Positions 53,125 to 64,000 of a DNA stretch of 64,000 nucleotides are shown piece by piece. Source of the DNA: Mizuhopecten yessoensis (Eukaryota); NCBI RefSeq assembly GCF_002113885.1, contig NW_018408738.1:992486-1056485 (forward strand), in the 5' to 3' direction. The stretch's first letter is position 1; every line of letters begins with the position of its first letter. The position numbers and the translations under genes are program-made. The notes below the pieces were generated by a model. That model did not search any database and had not been told where the DNA came from. It was given only the letters and a program-made list of their open reading frames with translations.

Positions 53125-55533
53125 CAGCAGCCAACGACTACAGTCAGTAAAAAGAGCTAGCATTTGCGTAAGGGATGGCTTTTCACATTAACTTAATCTA
53201 ACCGTCACTACTCTTTTGAATTCCTCGGAAATGTGTATTGAATCTCAAAAGTGCACTTAAATTCATTAGTAAATCTAATCGATTCGTGCTGTGACGTCAT
53301 TATCATGTGAAGATTATGAACCAGTTTTCAATAACCGGTCAGAATGATGTGAGCCTAGGCACTGTTCCGTAGTCATAGAAGACAGCAAATAATATACATG
53401 TATCTATCAAATTTGTAAAAGTCAAGCTTATTGGTCTACCTCCTAAGCTAGTTGCACCTTTTTATACATTTCATAAGAGTTTATATATTTTGTCCAAAAG
53501 GAGACAGTGCATTATTTGTTAGAGATAGAATACAAGAAAGATATTGTATCCGCATAGGTGAGGAGAACAGATTTCCACCACAGGGACATGTGACATGCTA
53601 AAGTATATATAATTACTGCGACGCCCACTCACGTGTATCTTCTGTTATACATGTATCGTGTGACATGTTCCTGTGTTGTCCACAATGACTGCACACAGAC
53701 AGAAATAAAACGTTCCTGCAGACAGGTCTTTCTGTGTTAGTCGCCCCACATAATCATGGAATGGGATGCAGCAAGCAAGCCTATTTATGACATTTTCGCT
53801 AAATAATAACGCACATGTAATCAGAATAGATATGATTCAATTAAAGCACTTAAAAAGGACCTGAACGTGCATCAAAGACATTCCTAGATATACAGGATTG
53901 TGTATATAGCCGTCAACAAGATAGCCCACGACTTGATATAGCCCAGCTGATTGTTGAAGAATAGAAACGTAAATAAAGCCATATTAACGACATAAACCGT
54001 TTTTCATGCGTTATTCATGTTTTGTTACCCAGAAACAGATAGTATTGATAGTAAAGTAACTTTTGTATGGTTGCGTTAAGGTATTGGTGATGACCCCCCC
54101 TCTCTGTTATATTACAGACAGTGTTTGACCTCCCGCTGTTAATTTATAAAATTCCGCCAAGTCCGTAAAAATACACGTGTATCAGGTGAGATAGCGAGTA
54201 CGAAGAGCATCGGAAGTGAACTAACGGAATCTGGTCTAGACATAAAACAATAACGACATTCGCTTGTTTATTGTAATGTCGCACGTTTGCCTTTGTCCAA
54301 GGTGAGAACGAACATGAACATTACTGTGTACAATAGCTTGGCAAAAATAAACTTTACATGGAATTGTCTATAAAGGAAGCAATTACGGCCCTACCCACAA
54401 TTATAGACGCGCTTGTTTGAGGGATAAATTGTCATCAGTGTCCCACAGCCTATATTGTTGTCTGTCATTTGCTTTCTCCCTTTGGCATCGTCTGCGTAAT
54501 AGGTAAATCCTGTAAGTTCCAGGAAAGCAGTTGTCCAAAAGTGTCACCTGTACCTAATTTGCCGAATCGGTGGTTGTCTGGTTCATCATATTTAGGTGTT
54601 TTCATTTTTTAATTAAGTTTAAATGCAACTTGATTTAACAAGTGCCTATTAGCATCATGCTACCGCTACGGTTTTATCTGTTTCTTTTATGTGGTTCTGG
54701 GTGACCTTATTGTATTGAAGGGTCGTTAACTTCTTAACCAATAAAATAAATAAGTCCCTAGACACATTTGATTAGCCCGTGTTCAAAATCACGTGACTTC
54801 CTGATATGCCATACGCCTGAGTCCACGACGTGACATATCAGTGCGACGGGGGTATCGAATGGCTATTAAGTGGACACCATCGCTTTAGCCGGTGATAATG
54901 ACATTCAATAGTGAAGATCCCCTCCTTGAAAGAAAAACCCTTTCCCTCCCCAAACCCCGGAGACTAAGAAAAACATCATCTTCCCTTCCTTTATGTCTGG
55001 CGTCGCCATAGAAGTTAGTTGAGAAATCGTACTTATATTGGAGTGAATTGTCTCATCAGAAATCCCCAAAACACCAATTCGTTGTTTAATCAATAACGTT
55101 CTGTATCAATACAAAATATATGTTTTAGTGGTTAATTGATGCAGATTGGTAAACGAGTTCATTACCCTAATACCAAATAGCGTAACAACAACAAACCTGT
55201 TTGAGAGAAGTGACGAAATCCATTGTGTCAGGCGAGCCAATTTGACAATGTGCTCGACCATTGTATAATGACATACACATTGTTCTAACAGAGGTATTTT
55301 GTCACTTAAAATAACACTTTTAAACCTAAAACACACCTAGCATATCTTATTAAGCAATGGGAATTGAGCTAGACAAAAACATAGGCTTCGATGAAACAAT
55401 GGTATTTCCTGAAGAAGCAGTTGTATTATAAACTAAACTAATCAAAAGTTTAATAAGCGTTATGTCGGATACGAATACTATCACATCTAGTTTATTGCAG
55501 ACAAAGAACGTTTTCCTGTGTTTGTTACGGAGC

Positions 55534-55616
55534 ACATTCCAAATACGGTACAGATCTGATCAGATATGTCAGTTATTTTTCTCAGAATAGACATCGTAGG
55601 CTTTCACGGATTTACA
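55534..55616 (+). repeat. Dispersed 83-bp direct repeat, copy 1 (partner 60328-60410)
   Basis: Gap-free alignment with 72/83 identical by hand count. Weaker similarity extends ~50 bp to the left (shared CACATCTA). Confidence 0.9.
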
Positions 55617-56872
55617 GCAGTCATCAAGGGAACGCGTTTACTGGTGATTATAAACTAGGATACCAGCACTTTCTCCATTCTCAGAAGAATGTTGGATGCT
55701 GTGATCACGTGCTGTAGGAATTGCCCCAAGCTGTGAACACTAAAACATTCATGAACTTATTGTGTATAATTAAGATTTCATTTTTAATTATGATGTTATT
55801 GATGCCAAGAATTAATCGAAAGTGATAACATTAGAATAATGTTTAAAAAAGCAAAAATCATATTTAGTTAAGAAAGAAAAGTGCAACAATGCACGTGCTT
55901 GTACGATTTAACTAACATACGTTCCTTTTGTAATTTCACGTTTAGATTGAATTTGTATATCACTACGCTCGCGGAGGTAGGTCAATTTTAGCAGTAAACC
56001 GCCACAGCGGAAGTGATGTTATCGATAGACGTCTAGTCTATCACTAATGAATACACAGCCTGTTCACTGTGGCTTGCTAACCTTTTTTCCTTATCGACCT
56101 GGATCTTGTTGTTTTCTGCCTTCCCAAAAACAACAGACGACATCTACAAATTAATTAAAGGCGCCAATTTGTTCATGCGGTAATATGTACCAAACGTCTG
56201 TGAGCATTTATCCAGAAGTCGCCATTTGTCATCGTGCCCTGATGTGTATTTCGCAATTAAAGCAAGATACATTGATATATATAAAAATAAGATATGACAC
56301 TCACATCAAAACGACTGGTATGAACTTCTTTGATATTGATTAAGTACATTCACTGATACGAAATCACGCGATTGCGATTTGTGAGTTGTATAAATTATGA
56401 GGTACAGACCTTGTCGATGCATAGATAACAATACGTATTTGGTTTGCGTCTCGGTTGGAATTTTAAACCCTCGACTCTGATGACCTGTTTTCGCTCAATT
56501 GCAGGTAATATATTTCATGAATCATATTTCCAGTTCACCTGTTTATCTGAGATGAAATGTTGCCATAATATGATAAACTAGTAATGTAATTAATAACAAC
56601 CTCGGTTCTCTCTTTTGTACTGGAGAACTAAGGAACATCGAACACGGCTGCTCCAATGCATTTGCAAAATTAGGACCTCTAAGTAATCAGCTACAAGAAC
56701 TATGTATTCGACAGAGATGTCACATGCATGTGTCAATGTTGTTCAAGTCTCAAATGATGGAATTCGAAATAAAATCTGACCGAATCATCAATGAGCATGG
56801 CCGTATCGTTCGAGTGAATGTAAAACACTAATAACCAGGTAAAACTATTTGGGTACTAACACAGAAATATGA

Positions 56873-57201
56873 CACAGGTCTGGTACAAACCAAGGTGTCA
56901 TACTCCTGGATACTCCACTCACAGGTCTGGTACAAACCAAGGTGTCCTACTCCTGGATACTCCGCTCACAGGTCTGGTACAAACCAATGTGTCATACTCC
57001 TGGATACTCCGCTCACAGTCCTGCCACAAACCAAGGTGTCCTACTCCTGGATACTCCGCTCACAGGTCTGGTACAAACATATGTGTCCTACTCCTGGATA
57101 CTCCACTCAAAGGTCTGGTACAAACCAAGGTGTCATACTCCTGGATACTTCGCTCACAAGTCTGGCACAAACCAAGGTTTCATACTCCTGGATGATCCGC
57201 T
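56873..57201. repeat. 47-bp tandem minisatellite, 7 copies
   Basis: Unit CACAGGTCTGGTACAAACCAAGGTGTC(C/A)TACTCCTGGATACTCC(G/A)CT starts at 56873, 56920 and so on. Confidence 0.97.
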
Positions 57202-57454
57202 CCAATGGCTGGCATGATGACGTAATGTGTCACAGACAAATTAAAACATACTGTCTTAAACAACAGATATACAAGTTAAAGGACGCGGTGTTAAAATAGT
57301 ATTTTACCAGGAGCAGGCTAAAGTGAAAGGGGATGAATATGTTATAATCGTGTAACGTAAGACAAGACTATAAATTTACAGCGTCAACTCCTTAAAAACA
57401 AAAAATAGGAACATAAAACACTTCAGTGAAAAACCTTAAGAAATCCAATTCACC

Positions 57455-57960
57455 TGGGCGTCGAAACACAAGGACTTAATACATTTTAGCGTCAGAACAC
57501 ATGAACACAATACACATCAGCGTCAAAAAAAGAAGAATATGTTACACATCATTTTAAAACAGAGGAACATAACACACCCGAATGTCAAAACAGAGGAATA
57601 TAATACATCTTAGCGTAAAAACCCAAGACATAATACATCCCAGCGTATAAACACAGGACATGATACATCCCAGCGTCAAAAAACAGGACCATAATACACC
57701 TCAGTGACTTAACCAAGTAACAAATAACACCCCAGCGTCAAAGCCAAGTAACATATTACACCTCAGCATCAAAACACAGGACCATAATAACCACAGCGTC
57801 AAGCGTCAAAATGTAATAGTTTGCAATAACCCAGCGTCCAGCGTCAAAGTACAATACTTTGATATACAAACGTGTCAAAACACTGGAACATAATGTACTA
57901 TAGCCTTGACACGTATCGACGAAATAATTGATAGCGTCAACACACATGGACAAAATATAT
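57455..57960. repeat. Degenerate ~31-bp minisatellite
   Basis: Repeated CCCAGCGTCAAAACACAGGA(A/C)CATAATACA(T/C)-like units. Confidence 0.82.
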
Positions 57961-58595
57961 CACAGCTCAAACATACAAGAAAGTTGAAATTGAGCAAACC
58001 AACAGACAAAGCCGAACAATAGAGACAAATAAAAAAGACAAAGCTACCGCTTTAGAATAACAGACATTTACTGTCACGATATCACCATTTAAAGCAAGAA
58101 AGGTAAAAGTGTAATAAAGATCTAACGAAGCTGTGGGACAATGACCACTCTTTATCCCGGACAGCTGTTACAGTGACAAGTGATCACATTACTAGCGACG
58201 TGCTTAGAAGACGTTTCATTGAAAAGAACATTATCAGTAATATGATAAAGAGCATCAATTGGTAAACAATACAAGCACCAGACTGCCCATATTTCACTAG
58301 AGAGCTGACAATAATGTGCCAATCAACAGTTTTATGTAATGAGTTACTAAAACTTCTGTTAAAAATTAAACGAATACAGGACAATAAATGATCGACAAAG
58401 AGTACATCATTCCCAACACGCTTTTAGACAAGGAAACCGTTAGTGGCACCGTGTGATAGGTCCAAACGGCAAGTACATGTACAATGGAAAACGTTTATTG
58501 AGAACAAAGCACTTTCCATTAAAAAGATCATTAATTAGAATTGAGATTACTCTTGTAGGCTTTGGACTTTTGGCTACTTTGAAATAGAAATGACT

Positions 58596-58970
58596 AATAG
58601 AATCTTCCCCTAACCTGGGAGCACGACAAATGAAATCTCCAACCCGAGGCTTTGCTGTGGGTAAGACATTCGAGAATATCATCCGGACGGTTTTATTCCC
58701 CCAAGGTAGGGGATGATTGTTTTTCTCCCATCCTGTTTCACTCATTAATCCGTCGACAAGCGGTGATTGCATGAAATATAAGCGTTGTATGCATGCTGTT
58801 CCAGCAAATCCACAGTTGTCTTCCATGGTTTGCCACGTGACGTCAATACATTGATGATGTGACGTCATACTATCGTTTTGACTTAGATCTCGACATTTTG
58901 CACGAGGCTATCTCCCTCTGATCTTTTCCGGCTTAAAAGGGAGACACACCGGTGGAGGTTTGGAAAAAAT
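58596..58970. mobile_element. Hairpin-ended element family A, diverged copy 2
   Basis: Blocks shared in the same order with 22182-22580: AATAGAAT.TTCC..., AAATCT.C.ACCC.AGG, CAAGG(C/T)AGGGGATGATT(A/G)TTTTT..CATCCT, central TGAC(G/A)TCA motifs and G..TATCTC.C.CT. Confidence 0.62.
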
Positions 58971-60327
58971 ACTATACACGATTTATGTACATTAACATTA
59001 CTTATCAAGTATTTGCTCATGACACATATAATTCTTAACCTACTTCTATTCGGGTAACATTTGTTGGCCAAGTTGTTTTATCGTTAATATCGTTTATACT
59101 TAAAGCTCAATCAATTCTGAAGCGAATTTCTTTCGGGAACCCCTCAAGATGTCATTAATTGTATTACTAGGCATACAAGTAAAGTAACTAGGTAGAGTAG
59201 AGCTCAAAGTTATCCCGATAGCAGTTCTAAGAGCTAATCAGCCTGAAACATCGATATTATATTTAATTAGTAAGTTCACTATATTGATGTTTATTGAAGG
59301 GTGATGTATCGATGTTATATCATATGTTGAAAATTGTTTACAATTCTGGTCGATTTTATTACATTTAATGTATCAGTCTCTGGTAAACATTAATACAACA
59401 ATGTTCCCTATTAAGGATGCTAGTTTTGCAAAGGGCACTTCCCTAAATGAGATTCCAAAAACAAATCCTGCAGAAACAAAGAAATTGCAACAAATAACAA
59501 TAAGGATAGTTGAAGTTTTAACATTTTCTTTACAACACAAATAATTGAAATATTCCCATCGAGCTAACTGATACTTGGTGCCATGTTGATATTAAACATT
59601 AAGCCCTTTTAGCTGATGTCATTCCATTTTATTGCTATACCACTACCATCACAGGGGGAAATGTGTTCTATTGCAAAACAATATCATTTCAGGACCTTCA
59701 GGATTATGACTGTAATTGCTACAATGTAAGTCAATACAACCGTTCCATAACTATTTTTTCACACGTCCTTGTTCGCAGCGCTACGTATACACTATATTTT
59801 TTTCTGTCTGATATTCTCAGCATAGCTTTATATCTCGGGTTACTTGTCACAATTGAGAAACCGAGACTTAAAAAGATATATGGTGTCCAATACGTGGTTG
59901 AATATCGAAGATAAATCCTATCTGTTCTGATACTGATCATACATATATATATCTACCTATAGAGGTTAGGCAATCGCCGACCTAAATGTATTGTACATTT
60001 TGTTTTTAAAAGACGATTATATATTAAGTTGTACTATCGGTGTTGCTTTCATTGAAGCGTATCTGCTGCTTCATGGCAACACTTGAGACCTCTATTCTTT
60101 CTTTCCTATCTCCAATCTTCTCCTACTTTCTCCTACTCTCTTTCTCTCTGCTGCCATCTTCATATAACCTAAGCCACCAAGCCATTAACCAATAACAATT
60201 CCCCTCCCCAAACTCTTCTTACTCAATAATTATGTCTCTCATTTTCAGAGATATGTGTGATTGAGCAAACAGTAAAATAAGCATAATAGCACATCTACTT
60301 CACTGATCGTTTCTACTTTTTCAAATT

Positions 60328-60410
60328 ACATTCCAAATACGGTACGGCCCTAAACAGATATGTCAGTGATGTTTCTGAGAATAGACATTGTAGGCTTTCA
60401 ATGATTTACA
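60328..60410 (+). repeat. Dispersed 83-bp direct repeat, copy 2
   Basis: Partner of 55534-55616, 72/83 identical. Confidence 0.9.
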
Positions 60411-63400
60411 ATGGATTCTGTTAACGTCGTTTAAGACAGCCGGTATAGCCAAATAACGTGCTTCGCCGTTTGTAAGGGAAGATTTTAGACCCATTGATAT
60501 TTTGAAAATACTTATTATAACTTAATCCGATTCCCCGCAGATGTGGTTAATCGATTTGACTCAAACACAGAAGACAAACAAAAATAGATGATGATCTGCT
60601 TCTATAAGGGTCCATCCTGAAATCCCAGGTGTTACGCTCTTTGCTGTTCTCTGTACCCCGGGAATATGCCTCGATTAAATCTGGAGCAAAAGATTAGTCA
60701 TTTGATTGATTATATGTATAAACAATTGACAAAACGCTAGGGTGATATCTGTTCTAATGCCTAATGCAGAATATTGAAAACAGACAACCGACTTGAGTGC
60801 GGTCAATTTAACCGTAACGACGCAGAGCAATTCGTACGATGCAAATCAGAAGGTTTAAACTATTCTACTGGTATCATCAACAATGTGATGCGAACAAAGC
60901 CATTGATTTCGTCATAACATATCACAGGGATGCAGGGACCGTAACAGAGCAAAACTTATGACATTGTGCGGATGGTAGGGACGTCATATGAAACACTGCA
61001 CCGCATGGTTTACAGCAAGGCTTCTCTTTCCTAGAACCTGTGCAAATTTAGGTATGAGGCATCTATTTGATATTTTTCGTGTCTTTTGGCGATAAGTAAG
61101 GATATTGATATATGACTTGTCTAGAGAATCGAATAGGTTACGATTATAGTGTAATATCCCATTCCACTAAACAGAAAAGAACGCAAGAGGAAACGGCTTA
61201 GTCATTACGATATATAATAACACAATCAATTCCAGCCACAGCTATGTTGACCTCGATGCATGATTGCATTACCAATAGAACAACAAATGTTCTATATCAC
61301 AAAATACGCCATAAGACCAGCATATATACCCCATTGATTACATAATTACGTTACATGTTTGTCCCTGGGGAGTCTATTTATATCAGAAATTGCGTCAGTT
61401 CTTTATGAACCTTTGTCGAAGCGCGGGTATAGATATTAAAATATTGCATTATACCATCCAACGAGCACAAACAATTAATGTAACTAGGTATTTTGTTATT
61501 TCTTTATTGGTCAACGCACGGTGTTAACAATCATATGAGGTTCATAGAATCGTGTATCACGGGGCAGTAATTAATATTGCATGACCCCTATCACCACAGG
61601 CCAATGCCGTCTAATGACTAACTGTTGTAAGACGTAACCCAGCTAACATCAATACGTAGAAGCATTTGCAGGATATGTGTTGACCTGATCGAGTGTATTA
61701 ACTATATTTAAATATCATTCTGAACTTATAATCTGGTCCTGAGAATGTTGAATTGCAGCGTGTTTCGAAGGAAATCAACAACAATGTTTCTTAAAAATAG
61801 CCTAACACACTGAGAACGTGCATGCATAGGGTTGTTTGTGTTTTACGTTTACAAAACAGCCATCAGTGTCACACGGTGAAGATGTCCGCTCCTCATGGGA
61901 CCATCAGTTAACGCCTCTACACTGAAGTATCACATCCTATATCACGACGGCTAGCAGTCTCAAAATGGCCTTACCTAAGGTCCACGTGACGAAAGAGAAC
62001 AATAGGAGAGAAATGAGTAGATTGAGATCATGCACCATAGTCGTAAAGGGACAACAAATCAATGCTAGTCGTATGTAACTGGGAATCTTGTATCGGTCTG
62101 TAGCATACGACGCTATGTATTTAGGACAAGGACGGGGATCTGCCAAATGAAATGGACTCATTTTCATCATATATTACGTAAAAGAGTAATATAGTAAATC
62201 AAACTCTTCAGATACGATTGTAGATATATGTACATATAAAACGTGTAGCGTCAAGGTCGATTCCGTGTTCCCTAATGTGTCCAACGCACAAATATAACAG
62301 GTCACCAAGGAAACGAGCTACGAAATGAATAGACAACAAGAAAATACAGCAAAGCTGCTGAGTTATTACTTCGAATATTAATAGCGTTAATTGGACCGTT
62401 CTAAATATCCTGTTAACGCTCAATATCCTCACATGCTGCCATATTGTCATTCGACAATTAACTGCATGTATAAATGTCAACAATTTGGTATTAACAGCAT
62501 AGTCTGGGAGATAAAATACAGCACATTGTGTACACAAAATATGTTTCATACCTATCCCAATTCTTCCAAAGATTTCATTTGAGAATGCACTTTTTTTTTA
62601 TAAACTTACAAGTGTCTTCTGGGTTAAAGTGTCAATTATAGCCCTCTTTTAATTTTATATAACATGTTAATATCTAGTTGCGGATACTTTACAAAAGCAC
62701 ACTCCGCCATAGCACTAGTTTTGTTTTGTGGTTGTTATTATTAATTTGTTTTAAACGGGTGAAAACCAGTAATTCTTTTATTAAAATTTTCAAAGTAACG
62801 CCACGCAAATATTGCTACATCAGAAAAGTGCGGCAGTTTGTAGCGTACTATATGACTCCACGTTTTAATGACAACACGCTTGACAACAATGCAGAGCGCA
62901 ATTTTGAATGGGGTACGCAATGCAATTTTGCCGTTGCTGCTATTATCTGGTAAGATTTTTTAGACAAATATGATATCAATGGTGTTGCTATGTAAATACC
63001 ATAATGTATGTTGCAAAAAATGGTAAAAAACCGACACTTATTTTGTCGTCGCTTTATCAAGATATATACAATAAATAGAATGTACCGTTCTGATTTGACA
63101 ATACTAAGAATAAAATCTTCACTTGAGAAGATATAAAATTTCGTATATCTTCATTGCATTGAAGACGAAAGATTTCATCAAACGGAGAATTCATGATATT
63201 GCACTGGTAAAATCTAATAAAAACGGATATCGAAGGGTTTGACTTTTATATTTTTAAAGACAATTAAAGACAATATGCGACCTTAATTTCCAAGATGGTT
63301 TTCACCCATGGGGAAGCACCGGGCATATATGGAATAGTCCATGTTAGGAGTATGTAACAATCGGAGTATCACGATACTGTGTCCAGGTCAGGCCATTTCA

Positions 63401-64000
63401 GTGAATTAGCACTAAAAAGTGTTTCAGGCTTACTTATATAGTTGTATTGACGATAGAATATTTTTGAAGCTATGCCATTGTCAAAAAATAGATATCTGAA
63501 AAGTATTAGTAAACATTGCAGATTAAATATTGCCTCTCTTTTCTCTCCTCGGCGGACAACAAGAAAACACCACCTAATATGCAATGGTTCAATATAGGCA
63601 TGTCAATACGACCAACGATGACTAATTTCGCCATCGGCTGATGTATAACAGTGGATTATAAAATAACAGTACCTATAAAGAACACGTTTTACTTGGGCGA
63701 CATATCTGTCACACGATCGAGACAACAATGGTAACAGTAGCAATATTTGTATCAAAGGTTGAAAACGGGACTCACAAATATAATAAGTGAAGCCGTGCGG
63801 ATTCCCGACTATATCAGATACACTCACCGACATTTCTTTTCAAAGAGTGTAAGATCAATACCAAACTATGCTTAAAGATTAGATAATAATTGATTGAATT
63901 ATCGACTTCACAAGGCACATTGTAGTTTTAGATGTTACATTAAATTACAACGAAAATGGTTAATTTATTCTGTATATAAGGTTATACAAGAGTTCAAACG

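Noticed and set aside
56869-57299. Three overlapping plus-strand ORFs
   Set aside because: Produced by a 47-bp repeat (not a multiple of 3) that cycles the same peptides through the frames.
63880-64000. Penelope-like RT motif (IELSTSQG.../LDVTLNYNENG)
   Set aside because: Too short, interrupted and cut by the window edge to support a call.

Overview
AT-rich, gene-poor eukaryotic DNA. It is most likely from a bivalve mollusc, probably a scallop; this is inferred from the repeat families recognised, not from a database search. I can support no intact protein-coding gene, rRNA, tRNA or CRISPR array, and the long ORFs in the track come from tandem repeats or dead retroelements. Well-supported content: three co-oriented copies of a ~960-bp TA-flanked Tc1/mariner-type MITE with 11-bp-period subterminal arrays, a 253-bp MITE with perfect 22-bp TIRs, a 5'-truncated L2/CR1-group LINE, a tRNA-derived V-domain SINE, several long hairpin elements, and at least seven tandem arrays. 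Less certain: degraded Penelope-like RT fragments, and a frameshifted fragment beside one hairpin that resembles the N-terminus of Crypton-type tyrosine-recombinase proteins. Several GC-elevated blocks bounded by minus-strand splice or initiator signals may be alternative non-coding 5' exons of a transcript running towards the left edge. No new biological system is established. The best leads are the Crypton-like hairpin elements, the MITE end architecture and the candidate multi-promoter transcript.
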